From positions 6,815-70,814 of IMG/VR virus record IMGVR_UViG_3300006802_000092: DNA of 64,000 bases. One strand, 5' to 3'. The first letter of the stretch is position 1. Every line of letters begins with the position of its first letter. The translations under genes were made by a program, and so were the position numbers. A model generated the notes under the pieces. The model worked only from the letters and a program-made list of their open reading frames with translations, ran no database searches and was not told where the DNA came from. Source of the DNA: a virus. Below are positions 8,121 through 18,400 of this stretch, one piece after another.

Positions 8121-9352
8121 TTAAGAAAGTTTTAGTTAGAGGACCAGCACTAACGCAGTCAGGCTACGGCGAGCACACAAGATTTTTGCTTAGAGCCCTA
8201 AGGGGACAGCCAGAACAGTTTGACGTATATCTCATAGCTCTGAATTGGGGCCAAACGGGATGGCTTTCAGAGAACACTGAGGAGCGCCGATGGATGGATT
8301 CTCTTGTCATGAAAACTCATCAGTACGTGCAATCCGGTGGTCAGTTTGACATGTCAATACAAGTCTCCATCCCTAATGAATGGGAGAGACTAGCACCTTA
8401 TAATGTTGGTGTAACTGCTGGCATTGAAACAACCAAGGTTGCCCCTATTTGGCTTGAGAAAGCAAATCAAATGGACAAGGTCATTACTATATCTGAGCAC
8501 GCTAAGAGCGTCTTTGAAAATACGTCCTATCAGGGCATCAATAAAATGACTCAACAACCAATGACACTAAAGTGCGAGACTCCAATTGAGATTGTCCACT
8601 ACCCTGTTAAGACTGTTGAGCATGCAGACCTAGGTATCGAGTTAGATTATGACTTCAACTATCTTCTTGTCTCTCAATGGGGGCCCAGAAAGAATATTGA
8701 GAACGCAATCAAGTGGTGGGTAGAAGAGAACTGGGATCAAGAAGTTGGGCTGATTATAAAAACATCCCAAAAGAACAACTCTATTATGGATAGAGAGCAC
8801 GTTAGCAATAACCTGTCTAAGCTATTAAACGCATGCAGGCCAGAAGGGGCAAAGTGTAAAGTTTACCTTATTCACGGAGACCTTTCCGAGGACCAGATGC
8901 AGTCTCTCTACGTCCATAAGCAAATCAAGGCTCTGATTAACCTTAGTCATGGTGAGGGCTTTGGCCTGCCTATGTTCGACGCAGCACGACACGGACTTCC
9001 CGTTATTGCCCCTTCTTGGTCTGGGCAGTGCGACTTCTTGTACATTACATATCCCAATGGCAAGAGAAAGGCCATGTTTGCTGATGTAAACTACGACATA
9101 GCGCCTGTTCACGAAGCAGCCGTATGGGACGGGGTAGTCCAGAGAGACAGTATGTGGTGTTACCCACATGAGGGACATTACAAGATGCGCTTACGACAGA
9201 CTAGAAAGAGTTGGGCCAAATGGAAGAAGAAAGCGAAGGAGCTACAGAGGTGGATTCTACAGCAGTTTGATTCTGACAAGCAGCATAAGCTTTTTGCGGA
9301 TTCTGTTGCAATGCCTGAATTTGTGCCCCCACAAGTTGTTGTCAATGAGTAA
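8117..9352 (+). CDS. Glycosyltransferase, GT-B fold (GT4-like)
   Basis: SGYG, RKNIE and HGEGFGLPMFDAARHGLPVIA. Confidence 0.88.
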   Translation: MIKKVLVRGPALTQSGYGEHTRFLLRALRGQPEQFDVYLIALNWGQTGWLSENTEERRWMDSLVMKTHQYVQSGGQFDMSIQVSIPNEWERLAPYNVGVTAGIETTKVAPIWLEKANQMDKVITISEHAKSVFENTSYQGINKMTQQPMTLKCETPIEIVHYPVKTVEHADLGIELDYDFNYLLVSQWGPRKNIENAIKWWVEENWDQEVGLIIKTSQKNNSIMDREHVSNNLSKLLNACRPEGAKCKVYLIHGDLSEDQMQSLYVHKQIKALINLSHGEGFGLPMFDAARHGLPVIAPSWSGQCDFLYITYPNGKRKAMFADVNYDIAPVHEAAVWDGVVQRDSMWCYPHEGHYKMRLRQTRKSWAKWKKKAKELQRWILQQFDSDKQHKLFADSVAMPEFVPPQVVVNE

Positions 9353-10184
9353 TATACTATTCATAGCGGACTTCTTTGCAGACCAGGTGCCTGGAGGGGG
9401 AGAGTTAAATAACAAAGTTTTGATAGAGAAGCTTTATAAGCGTGGCCACACTGTTCGTAGATTTAATAGCCACCTCGTTACACACATGGATTTGCTATAC
9501 AATGAGAACATTATTGTTTCAAATTTTGTTAATCTCTCTGAAGAAAACAAAAAAGATCTACAAAATAGAAACTATATCATTTATGAGCACGATCACAAGT
9601 ATCTCCCTGGTAGGAACCCAGGCATTTACCCAGAGTACCATGCCCCTAAAGAACATATTATCAATAGACAATTTTATGCAAATGCGAAGGCCGTTCTGTG
9701 CCAGAGCCAGTTTCATGCAAGCATAGCAAGAAAAAATCTTGAACTAGATAATATTGTAAGTTTAGGCGGTAATCTGTGGTCCGATGACCATTTGTCTATC
9801 TTAGAGGAAATCTGCAGAAATCCGCAAAGACAAAACAGACATGCAGTAATAATGTCGAATACTAAGCACAAGAATACTGCGAGAGCTATTGACTATTGTA
9901 GAACTCTTGGTTTGGAATATGATGTGATACCACCTTTAGAGCCCTCTACGTTCCTTAGGGAGCTTGGCGCTCGCTCTACACTAGTCTTCTTTCCTGGGAC
10001 CCCTGAGACGCTGTCTAGGGTCGTCGTAGAGGCTAGGATGATGGGGATGGGTACAAAGACCACAAATAATATAGGAGCTATCCATGAAGAGTGGTTTTCG
10101 AAAAAAGGTCTTGACTTAATTGACTATATGCGTTATAAGCAAGAAGAAATAGTAAAAAATACTTTATCTTATTTAGATAACTAG
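9345..10184 (+). CDS. Divergent GT-B-fold glycosyltransferase-like protein
   Basis: ILFIADF...GGGE N-terminus, HKN, PETLSRVVVEARMMG (EX7E-like). ATG 9345 overlaps the upstream stop (ORF track start 9168). Confidence 0.65.
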   Translation: MSNILFIADFFADQVPGGGELNNKVLIEKLYKRGHTVRRFNSHLVTHMDLLYNENIIVSNFVNLSEENKKDLQNRNYIIYEHDHKYLPGRNPGIYPEYHAPKEHIINRQFYANAKAVLCQSQFHASIARKNLELDNIVSLGGNLWSDDHLSILEEICRNPQRQNRHAVIMSNTKHKNTARAIDYCRTLGLEYDVIPPLEPSTFLRELGARSTLVFFPGTPETLSRVVVEARMMGMGTKTTNNIGAIHEEWFSKKGLDLIDYMRYKQEEIVKNTLSYLDN

Positions 10185-10192
10185 GAGATTTT

Positions 10193-11437
10193 ATGAATAT
10201 TGGATTTATGGGCCTTGGTAAGCTTGGCCTGCCATGTGCTCTGGCTGCTGAAAGAGCAGGGCATACAATTTATGGATTTGACATAAGTGAAGAGGTAAAA
10301 AACATACTTGATACCAAAGCTCTTCCCTATAGAGAAGAGGGAGCGCAAGAGCTACTGGACAACCACAATATACAATGGTCCGATGTCCCAGAGTTGGTAA
10401 GAAACTCGGAAATCATATTTGTTCCAATCCAGACGCCGCACAACCCAAAGTATGAGGGTGTAACCAGACTCCCAGAGGAGCGGGTGGACTTTGATTATGA
10501 ATGGCTAAAGTCTGGTATCAGAACTCTGTCTGAAGAGATAGAACGCCAAGGGCAGGACAAGATTGTAGTTATTATCTCTACTGTTCTTCCTGGTACGATA
10601 AGAAGAGAGATAAAACCACTTCTAAGCAAGCATGTCAAGCTTTGTTATAATCCATTCTTTATCGCAATGGGAACAACAATCAAGGATTTTACCAGTCCAG
10701 AGTTCGTCCTTTTCGGCATGGATGACGAAAAGGCATACGAGACAGCTTCAAAGTTTTATTCTACAATTCATGACAGGCCAGTGTATAAGTGTACAATAGA
10801 AGAAGCTGAGATGATAAAGGTTTCTTACAACACGTACATTACTATGAAGATTTGTCTTGCCAATACCATTATGGAAGTATCGCATAAGATGGACAACATC
10901 AACTGTGATAACGTCATGAGAGGTCTTTTCATGGCAAACGAGAGGCTGATTAGCACAAAGTACCTCCTAGGCGGGATGGGTGATGGCGGTGGCTGCCACC
11001 CAAGAGACAACATTGCTCTTAGTTGGCTAGCTAGGGAGATTGATCTTTCTTACGATTGGTATGAGAACTTGATGATTTGTCGCGAAAGACAAACAGATTG
11101 GTTGGCTGAGCTTGTAATCGATGCTCACGGCAGAACTGATCTTCCAATAGTAATTCTAGGGAAGTGCTTCAAGAAAGAGACAAACCTAACTGTAGGTAGC
11201 CCCTCAATTCTGCTCAAGAACATCTTAACAGAAGGCCGCTTCCCTGTAGAGATGTATGATCCCTGGGTTGACTCTGGAAACCCGCCACTACAGAGCCCAG
11301 CCGTATTCTTTATAGGCACGAATCATGATGTTTTTAAGGACTACGTATTCCCTCCGAATTCAGTGGTGATTGATCCTTGGGGTATGGACATTCCTAGCGC
11401 TCCAGATGTTACGTATATCGCAGTAGGAAGGGGCTAG
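10193..11437 (+). CDS. UDP-glucose/GDP-mannose dehydrogenase family protein
   Basis: Rossmann GLGKLG, STVLPGT, AEMIK...N, catalytic GGGCHPRD, FKKET. Confidence 0.92.
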   Translation: MNIGFMGLGKLGLPCALAAERAGHTIYGFDISEEVKNILDTKALPYREEGAQELLDNHNIQWSDVPELVRNSEIIFVPIQTPHNPKYEGVTRLPEERVDFDYEWLKSGIRTLSEEIERQGQDKIVVIISTVLPGTIRREIKPLLSKHVKLCYNPFFIAMGTTIKDFTSPEFVLFGMDDEKAYETASKFYSTIHDRPVYKCTIEEAEMIKVSYNTYITMKICLANTIMEVSHKMDNINCDNVMRGLFMANERLISTKYLLGGMGDGGGCHPRDNIALSWLAREIDLSYDWYENLMICRERQTDWLAELVIDAHGRTDLPIVILGKCFKKETNLTVGSPSILLKNILTEGRFPVEMYDPWVDSGNPPLQSPAVFFIGTNHDVFKDYVFPPNSVVIDPWGMDIPSAPDVTYIAVGRG

Positions 11438-11439
11438 TT

Positions 11440-12153
11440 ATGAAGATTTCTGTGCTATGTCCAACAAGAAAAAGACCACAAAATATGCACAAGCTTTGTA
11501 GCTCACTGTATGATACTGCTGATAACCCCCAACAGATTGAACTAATTTTTTACATAGATAGTGATGATGAGCAATCAGTATCTATGTTCGATCTGCTGGA
11601 TAGCAAGTATGAAAACATAAGCTACGTTTCCGGAGAAAGAATCGTACTAAGTCAGATGTGGAATGAGTGTTGGAAGGTTGCCAAGGGAGAAATTTATTTT
11701 CACTGCGGGGACGATATCATAATGAGAACTCAGGGGTGGGACACGCAAGTTGTGAATAAGTTTAACCAATACGAAGACCATATTATGTTTGTTCATGGTA
11801 ACGACCTCTATCACCCCTTCCCAGGATTTGGTACGCATGGTTTTATTCACAAGAACTGGACTGATACAGTTGGCTACTTTGTGCCTCCTTATTTTTCAAG
11901 TGATTATAACGATACATGGCTAAACGAGGTGTCTGACATGATTATGAGGCATTTCTATGTTCCTATTATAACAGAACATATGCACTTTGTTGTTAATAAG
12001 AGCGAGATTGATGAAACACATAGAGACAGATTGATACGTCATAGAAACGATAACGTAGATGAGCTTTACCGCTCTTTGCGTTCTGAGAGAGTAAGGGATG
12101 CTGAAAAGCTCCAAGAATTTATTGATAATTTTGATGATGAAGGAGAAGAATAA
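11440..12153 (+). CDS. Glycosyltransferase family 2 (GT-A)
   Basis: KISVLCPTRKR N-terminus; GDD motif. Confidence 0.8.
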   Translation: MKISVLCPTRKRPQNMHKLCSSLYDTADNPQQIELIFYIDSDDEQSVSMFDLLDSKYENISYVSGERIVLSQMWNECWKVAKGEIYFHCGDDIIMRTQGWDTQVVNKFNQYEDHIMFVHGNDLYHPFPGFGTHGFIHKNWTDTVGYFVPPYFSSDYNDTWLNEVSDMIMRHFYVPIITEHMHFVVNKSEIDETHRDRLIRHRNDNVDELYRSLRSERVRDAEKLQEFIDNFDDEGEE

Positions 12154-12353
12154 TGAGTGAAGATAAGAACATGCACCTTAGCGACCAGGCTATGGGTGCC
12201 TTAATGATGGCTCTACAGAAGTCCCTTCTAGAGCAATCTGATATAGTACCCGTCCTAAAGGGTTTCAAGTTCCGGCTTAGTGAGACTGGCTTGATGGTTA
12301 TGAATCCACCAACAGTCAAATTAAATCAGGACTTTGGTGATGCCGAAGTATAA
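12153..12353 (+). CDS. Hypothetical protein
   Basis: 66-aa ORF coupled via TAATG. Confidence 0.6.
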   Translation: MSEDKNMHLSDQAMGALMMALQKSLLEQSDIVPVLKGFKFRLSETGLMVMNPPTVKLNQDFGDAEV

Positions 12354-12582
12354 TTATAGTTGTTCTGAATGCGGGAATGATTTTGAAGTATATCACTCTA
12401 TGTTTGAAACCATAGAGCGATGTACTGTATGTGGAGCATCTGAAATAACTAGAAAGCCTAGTTCTTTCTTTGCTTCTGCAAACCCTAACAAGGCAGGGGC
12501 ACTTGTCAAAGAGCACATTGAAGAGACAAAGAGAGAAGTAAGAGAAGAAAAAAGAAGATTAACCGAGGAGTACCATGATTGA
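12340..12582 (+). CDS. FmdB-like zinc-ribbon protein
   Basis: MPKYNYSCSECG...CTVCG pattern. Confidence 0.8.
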   Translation: MPKYNYSCSECGNDFEVYHSMFETIERCTVCGASEITRKPSSFFASANPNKAGALVKEHIEETKREVREEKRRLTEEYHD

Positions 12583-12889
12583 AGCAATATTGGCGTTATC
12601 TCTGATAATAAATATACTATTATTTTGGTACACTAGGAATACTTTAAGCAATCTTCTATACCTATCTGAAAATCTTGGCTCTCTGTATGAGCTTGTGGAC
12701 GATTTTGCAAACCACCTACAGGCTGTGTATGAGCTAGAGAGGTTCTATGGTGATCAGACACTTGGGAACCTTCTAGAGCATGCTAACGCTCTTAAACAGG
12801 TACTAGAGCAGTACGAAGAGATCTTCCTCCTGACAGAACCTATAGAAGAAGAAACACAGGAGGAGTCAGATGGCGAGGAAGAGGCGTAA
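12575..12889 (+). CDS. Membrane-anchored hypothetical protein
   Basis: N-terminal TM helix; SD GAGGAG; acidic tail. Confidence 0.65.
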   Translation: MIEAILALSLIINILLFWYTRNTLSNLLYLSENLGSLYELVDDFANHLQAVYELERFYGDQTLGNLLEHANALKQVLEQYEEIFLLTEPIEEETQEESDGEEEA

Positions 12890-13565
12890 GCGTACAAAAA
12901 ATTTATATTTTACAAAAGAGCATGAAAATGCAATCATAGCTTATAACAATACAACAGACTCTAGAGAAAGAGCCCTATTGTACCGTACTTTTATACAGCC
13001 AGCTTTTAACGAGATGGTTGATAAAATTGTATTCACATACAAGTTTACGTCTCTTCCAAATATAGACGATCTCAGAGACGAGTGTAAAATATATCTTACT
13101 ACCATATTAGGCAAGTATGATCCTGCAAAGGGGTCTAAAGCTTTTTCTTATTTTAGCGTCATTACCAAGAACTGGTTTATCCATAAAGTCAAGAAGACCA
13201 ATAAAGAATCTAAGAGACAAATTGACCTTGAAGACCTCACAGCAGAAAACCAATTGCAGTTTGCATCAACTACTATCAAGTACGATGAGGAAAGGCAAAA
13301 AGAAGAATTTTGGAACCTACTATGGGAAGAAATAAGAGTCTGGGAGGACACCAGACTCAAGGACAGCGAAAGAAAGGTCCTTCAAGCAATTAAGATTTTA
13401 CTGGAAGATAAAGATAATCCTAATCTAATTTTCAACAAAAAGGCTATTTATTTATATATTAGAGAACTCACGGGCCTAAACACTAAGCAAGTTGTTAACA
13501 ACCTTAACAAATTAAGAACAAAGTATAAAGTCTTTAGGCACAGGTGGGACGAGGGGCAAATTTGA
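12870..13565 (+). CDS. Phage RNA polymerase sigma factor (T4 gp55-like late sigma)
   Basis: KYDPAKGSKAFSYFSVITKNWF resembles sigma region 2 of gp55-type factors; sits directly before the structural module. Confidence 0.75.
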   Translation: MARKRRKRTKNLYFTKEHENAIIAYNNTTDSRERALLYRTFIQPAFNEMVDKIVFTYKFTSLPNIDDLRDECKIYLTTILGKYDPAKGSKAFSYFSVITKNWFIHKVKKTNKESKRQIDLEDLTAENQLQFASTTIKYDEERQKEEFWNLLWEEIRVWEDTRLKDSERKVLQAIKILLEDKDNPNLIFNKKAIYLYIRELTGLNTKQVVNNLNKLRTKYKVFRHRWDEGQI

Positions 13566-13846
13566 AAAAGCTAGATCACTACTTAGAAAAAGCTATATCA
13601 AATATCGAAGACGACAGAAAGATAACAAGAGACTTGCTCGATGATGTTGTACGTTATTTGAGCAAGGACGAGTCTAGACACAGAGAAGTGGGTTTAACCG
13701 CATCGAAGTATGTTGAGACGCTACAGAGATCAAATGAACAGCTTGTAAAGATAGCTGGCCTAATCCAGAAAAACCAATCTAAAGATGTTGGGCTATCTGA
13801 CGAGGACAAGGAAGATATATTTAGCATGATCCAGGGTGATAAGTAA
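13562..13846 (+). CDS. Hypothetical helical protein
   Basis: TTG 13562 after SD GAGGGG, overlapping the sigma stop (ORF track start 13544). Confidence 0.6.
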   Translation: MKKLDHYLEKAISNIEDDRKITRDLLDDVVRYLSKDESRHREVGLTASKYVETLQRSNEQLVKIAGLIQKNQSKDVGLSDEDKEDIFSMIQGDK

Positions 13847-14439
13847 TGACTCTAGAAGAAATCCTACAGAAAGCTCAGATCAATGCACTCAACGACAATA
13901 CGAACTCAAGATTCGTATTGAAGAAGAACCGTTACACAGAGGGAACTTTTGAATCTGTTGCTGAGGCAATTGGAAAGATTTATTCTGATGCCCTGACCGA
14001 TGATGGTCAAACTGATTACGAAGCAATATGCTTGGCCGCAATTGCAGATCCGACTGGTGAAATCCCTGGTGTCGAGGAAACAGATGAAAATAAATTTTTA
14101 GTAAAGGTACACGCAAGGGTACCAAAATTACATGCTAGTCTGCCAAAGCCAGATAGAGAATTTTGTGAGTCTAACAGGAATCTTGCTATCGCTATGCATC
14201 CAATATTTTATAGCTTGCAGAACAATAATACCATCCCCCAGCCCGGTAACCGCGTAAAAGTAAAGTTCTTTACTAATGGGCAAGGACAATACGGTGAATA
14301 TCTTGGTATATTAGATCCAAAACAGATAGCAGCGTTAAAAGCACAAACATCTGCTAGAGAAGCAATGGAGTCTCCTGAATCCCCTGTTGTAACAAATGCG
14401 GAAGTTAGTAACCCCGCAGGAGGTGGTTCTAATGGCTAA
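13846..14439 (+). CDS. Putative baseplate hub protein (gp5/VgrG OB-fold-like)
   Basis: VKVHARVP...IPQPGNRVKVKF resembles the gp5 OB-fold P-x-x-G-x-x-V-x-V-x-F; position fits. Confidence 0.45.
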   Translation: MTLEEILQKAQINALNDNTNSRFVLKKNRYTEGTFESVAEAIGKIYSDALTDDGQTDYEAICLAAIADPTGEIPGVEETDENKFLVKVHARVPKLHASLPKPDREFCESNRNLAIAMHPIFYSLQNNNTIPQPGNRVKVKFFTNGQGQYGEYLGILDPKQIAALKAQTSAREAMESPESPVVTNAEVSNPAGGGSNG

Positions 14440-15487
14440 AAATAAGGCAAGAAGTTTTAAAGGCTTTCCTGCCTCTAAAAAGAAACAACTAGAACAGCTA
14501 GACGAAGAAATACTAGCAAGAATGGCTTCTGGTGAAAAAGTTTTATTACCTGGTCAGGGAGGCACTGAACTAGAGGAGCCTCTTGTTGCATATGAACCTA
14601 CAGAGGTTGAAGTGGTACTACCAAGGAAAGCAACTCACTGGGGAAGACATAGAATCGTATTTGGCAGAGATAGACACACGAGAGAGGGCCTTAGTGGCTA
14701 TGGGGGCCGTGGAGCAACCGCAGCAGGGTCTATAGATATAGTTGTTGGCAGTGGTGGCCCAGAGCCTAAACACGGACAGATTGTTGGTCCCAACTTCTTT
14801 ACTGATGCAGCAAGAATTTATCTTACGCAGCGTGGAGATATAGATAGATACTTTAATCTCCCGGAAGATATTCCGAATGCAATACTGCCCTCAGAAAACA
14901 GATCTGCCATAGGCATTAAGGCAGACGCGGTCAGAATTGTTGGTAGAGAGGGAGTAAGGATTTATACAAATGCTAGGACTTCTAATTCTGGCAAGCAATC
15001 TGAGACAAACTCGCAGGGAGGGGATATCCAATCAAAAAGTGGTATTCACCTTATTGCGAATATGGATGTAGGCACTGTCGATCCCTCAGGCTTTTCAGGG
15101 GCAGCAACACCCGCACAGATAGGCTCTGGCTACAACAAAGTACAGCCACTTGTTAAGGGAGATTTTCTTGTGGGATTTTTAGAAGACCTACTTGAGGAAA
15201 TACAGAATTTGCAGAACGCCGTCGTGTCATTCGCCAATTATCAGATGCAATTTAATGCAAGTGTGGCAACACATACACACGAGGTTGCCACTGCCGCGCC
15301 CGCAGTTGCCTTGCCAGACTTCAAATCGTTAACTCCACAAGCAATAAAAAATATTATAGGTACAACTCAAGACACAACGGTTAAGACTGTTTTAGGTGAA
15401 ATACAAACTAAAATACAAACTAACTATAACTGGTTAAAGCCTACTAGCCCCATTTACATCCTATCAAGGTATAATAAAACAAACTAG
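14432..15487 (+). CDS. Putative baseplate spike/puncturing protein
   Basis: Short beta-strand repeats (IGIKADAVRIVGREGVRI), PLVKGD and a THTH (HxH) tip motif; SD GGAGGTG. Confidence 0.55.
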   Translation: MAKNKARSFKGFPASKKKQLEQLDEEILARMASGEKVLLPGQGGTELEEPLVAYEPTEVEVVLPRKATHWGRHRIVFGRDRHTREGLSGYGGRGATAAGSIDIVVGSGGPEPKHGQIVGPNFFTDAARIYLTQRGDIDRYFNLPEDIPNAILPSENRSAIGIKADAVRIVGREGVRIYTNARTSNSGKQSETNSQGGDIQSKSGIHLIANMDVGTVDPSGFSGAATPAQIGSGYNKVQPLVKGDFLVGFLEDLLEEIQNLQNAVVSFANYQMQFNASVATHTHEVATAAPAVALPDFKSLTPQAIKNIIGTTQDTTVKTVLGEIQTKIQTNYNWLKPTSPIYILSRYNKTN

Positions 15488-15496
15488 GAACAGAAT

Positions 15497-18400
15497 ATGC
15501 CAACATGTCCAGAAATTGCAATATTTGAAGGTGATCCATTTATCTTTTATGCTAGAAACTTAATCCATTCTTTTAAGTCAAAGTATGGAACAGAGAATCT
15601 CTCTAGACCTAGCGGAGATAAAAATCCTTTTGAAGATGGGACACAAGGTGGCGGAAATAGCAGTACGGGAAGTAGAAGCTGGAACTCTGTGGATGACGGT
15701 CAAAACAGAGCAGTAAGCAACGTAGACCCGAAAATAGGAATATGGAAAGGTGGAGATGCATGGAATAATCTTAACGTCGATCACGCCAGGAATATAACAA
15801 ATTGGGATACGGCTCTCCCTTTTTATATAAAAGGGCCAAAATGGGATGCCTTTGACGATTATCAAACTGGACATTGGAAGAATACTACGGGGGCTAACGA
15901 TGGTTGGCTTGACATAGCAGGTGGGCTAATAGTTCATCCGATGCTTCAACTAAGAGAAACTAGGTACACTGAGCAGGATAGAGGAGACATCCCTAGAAGG
16001 GATAACCCATGGACTAACTGGACATCGGGAAAACTAGAACTTAAAGATACTGCCTTGTTGTTAGAAGGATATTTGCAATTTGGCTTTATACTAGAAGTTT
16101 TAGCTGGGTTCTTGCATATTCATGATGAAAAGGGAGGAGAGTTTCTCAAGCCAGACATGGATCCATTTACGTGGAACCAAATGTTCTGGTACGGGTATGA
16201 GGTAAACGATCTATTAGGGTCGGAGGGTCATGGCGAAAGAACACAACTTGGCTTAGGATCTAGCAATTCTCTGTCAGGGGCAGGCTCAGATACGGGAGAT
16301 AACTCCGTTTGGAACGGGGCCCTTAATCCCCCCTCATCCCCAGCCAGAGTGAGGTACATGCCAGTTGGTGGTGTAGGCCATACAGTTAGTTCTATTGATG
16401 ATGAGGTAGATTTTATACAACCTAGAGGAAAAAACCTTGATGGCGATGGCCAATCTGGTGGCGCTATAAGTTCAACAGCGTTCCAGATACTGCACTATGC
16501 TCCGTCTGGCCATTCTGTTAAAATAGAGAATGCCGATTACAACGCCTTTTTATTCTGGCTGAAAAAGGCTCTTGAAATCTTAGATTCTGCAGGTTTAGGG
16601 CCGGTTGACGGAAGTGAATTTATATCTGAAGTTTTTTCCGGCGCAGGCCGCTCCCCTACATCCGTGGACGCTTGTAGCGGAAGCCCCCCTTACGGCGGAT
16701 CTTTCACGGACGCTGAACTTACAACAAACGAATGTAATATAAAAATATTTAGAGCCATGGCAGACAGGCTTTATTTTGACGAAAACCCTCTTGTGGATAC
16801 TCTGGATTATACGGTAACCAACTACTGGAATTCTTTTCTTGAGGCTCATAGCACTTCTATCTCCCTCTCTACCGAGGCGCTTAACGAAGCGATACTGCTT
16901 AGGGGGGCTGACGGCTATGGCTGCGAGGCAGTGGAGTTAGATTCTGAGCTGCCTACTCTTGGGCCTGGTAACGCTAACCCCGGACAGTGCAGAGACTTAG
17001 GTGACGGAGAGGAAGTATTTGTCGAGACGTACCAGAGCTGTATACCAAATCCAGATGCTGTAGTCCCAAACTGGCTAAACCAATCAGAAGATGAGCCATT
17101 TTTAAACCAGAAGACTTGTGAATATTCTATAGTTATGCTGGCGGATCCTCCAAGCTGCAGTGAAGAATACTTCAATACTTTTATCCCAGACGCTTTGAAT
17201 AAGCTACTTGACTACTACAACAAGGAAGTTAATTCTGAATTTACAAATATTACAACTGGATTCCAAAGAACGTTATCATCTAGAGACGCCCTAACGAATG
17301 GCAGTGAAGGTCTGTACCTTGACGGACTCGCTTTTGTTGGAACCGCAAAGGTGAAGACATTCTATATCCCCCCTAGGCCAAAGGCAAAAACAAAAGTTTT
17401 GATTACGGTGTCTGCTGAAGAATTCAACAGGATACCAGAGAGGCAGCCAAAGGTTGAAGAGGGTACTCCTACCCCTGCTTATTCCTCCGGGGAACGCTCT
17501 TTTGTAGTCTTTAAGGCACAAGAGATGGAAGATATATTTGATAAAGTTAGTTATGCATTTGGGCTTTACGATAGGTTTTATGCCCAATGGCATCTCGACA
17601 CAGGAAAGACTATAAAGGGCTTAAACTTTTCAACAGAATCCAAGAGGATTGAGAGCTTCTTTAAGGAGACTGACCTTCTGCTGAGAGAGTCGGGTTACGA
17701 TATTAGAGACCTAGAGTGGATTGAGATTGGCTTTAGCCCAGAGTTTGCAGTCGAATACATAAAAGTGCAAAAAGAAAACTCTTCTCCAATCCAGATAGAA
17801 AAGGGCTTTAATTCATTTATAAATCGTTCTCCCATGAACGACAAGACAACTGCTGCTTATGTATCACAGCTACCTAACATGAAAAACGACTTGATGATTA
17901 GGGAAGCTGTATCTTGGTATGATATCCTAAACAAGTACAGATTTCCAGAGATTGAAGAGACTTACGGTCTAGACAACTCTTCACCAGTAGCAGATGGCAA
18001 CGAGTCAATAAAGCAATTGGAGCAGGAGATCTGCGCTTCTGGGCTATCGAGCGGAGTGTTTGAGCCAAATCTATTTGGAAGCTCAATTCAAAGACAGAAG
18101 TGGGCGGAGAGCCAAATTAACGACATTAAGGGAGCACTACTATCTCAGTTTAGCTCAAACCCATGTGCCCTTGTTGATGGAAAGATTTTAGAGCATCAGG
18201 GTAGGACGGATTTCGCTCTTCAAATCACAGATATGACCCTAAAGGAATATCTAACAAGCGACAGATTTATCAATGACTTACCAGAGCTTTTGGTAAGAGG
18301 GCGATATAAAGAGTTAAGTGATTTATACGGAGGGATGCTAAACAATCTAGGAATGTGTGGCTTGATTGATCTTATCAAGGCTGCAGTTGATTGTATCTTA

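Noticed and set aside
9168-9344. N-terminal extension of ORF 9168..10184
   Set aside because: Overlaps the upstream glycosyltransferase by about 180 nt; ATG 9345 gives a typical coupled start and a GT-like N-terminus.
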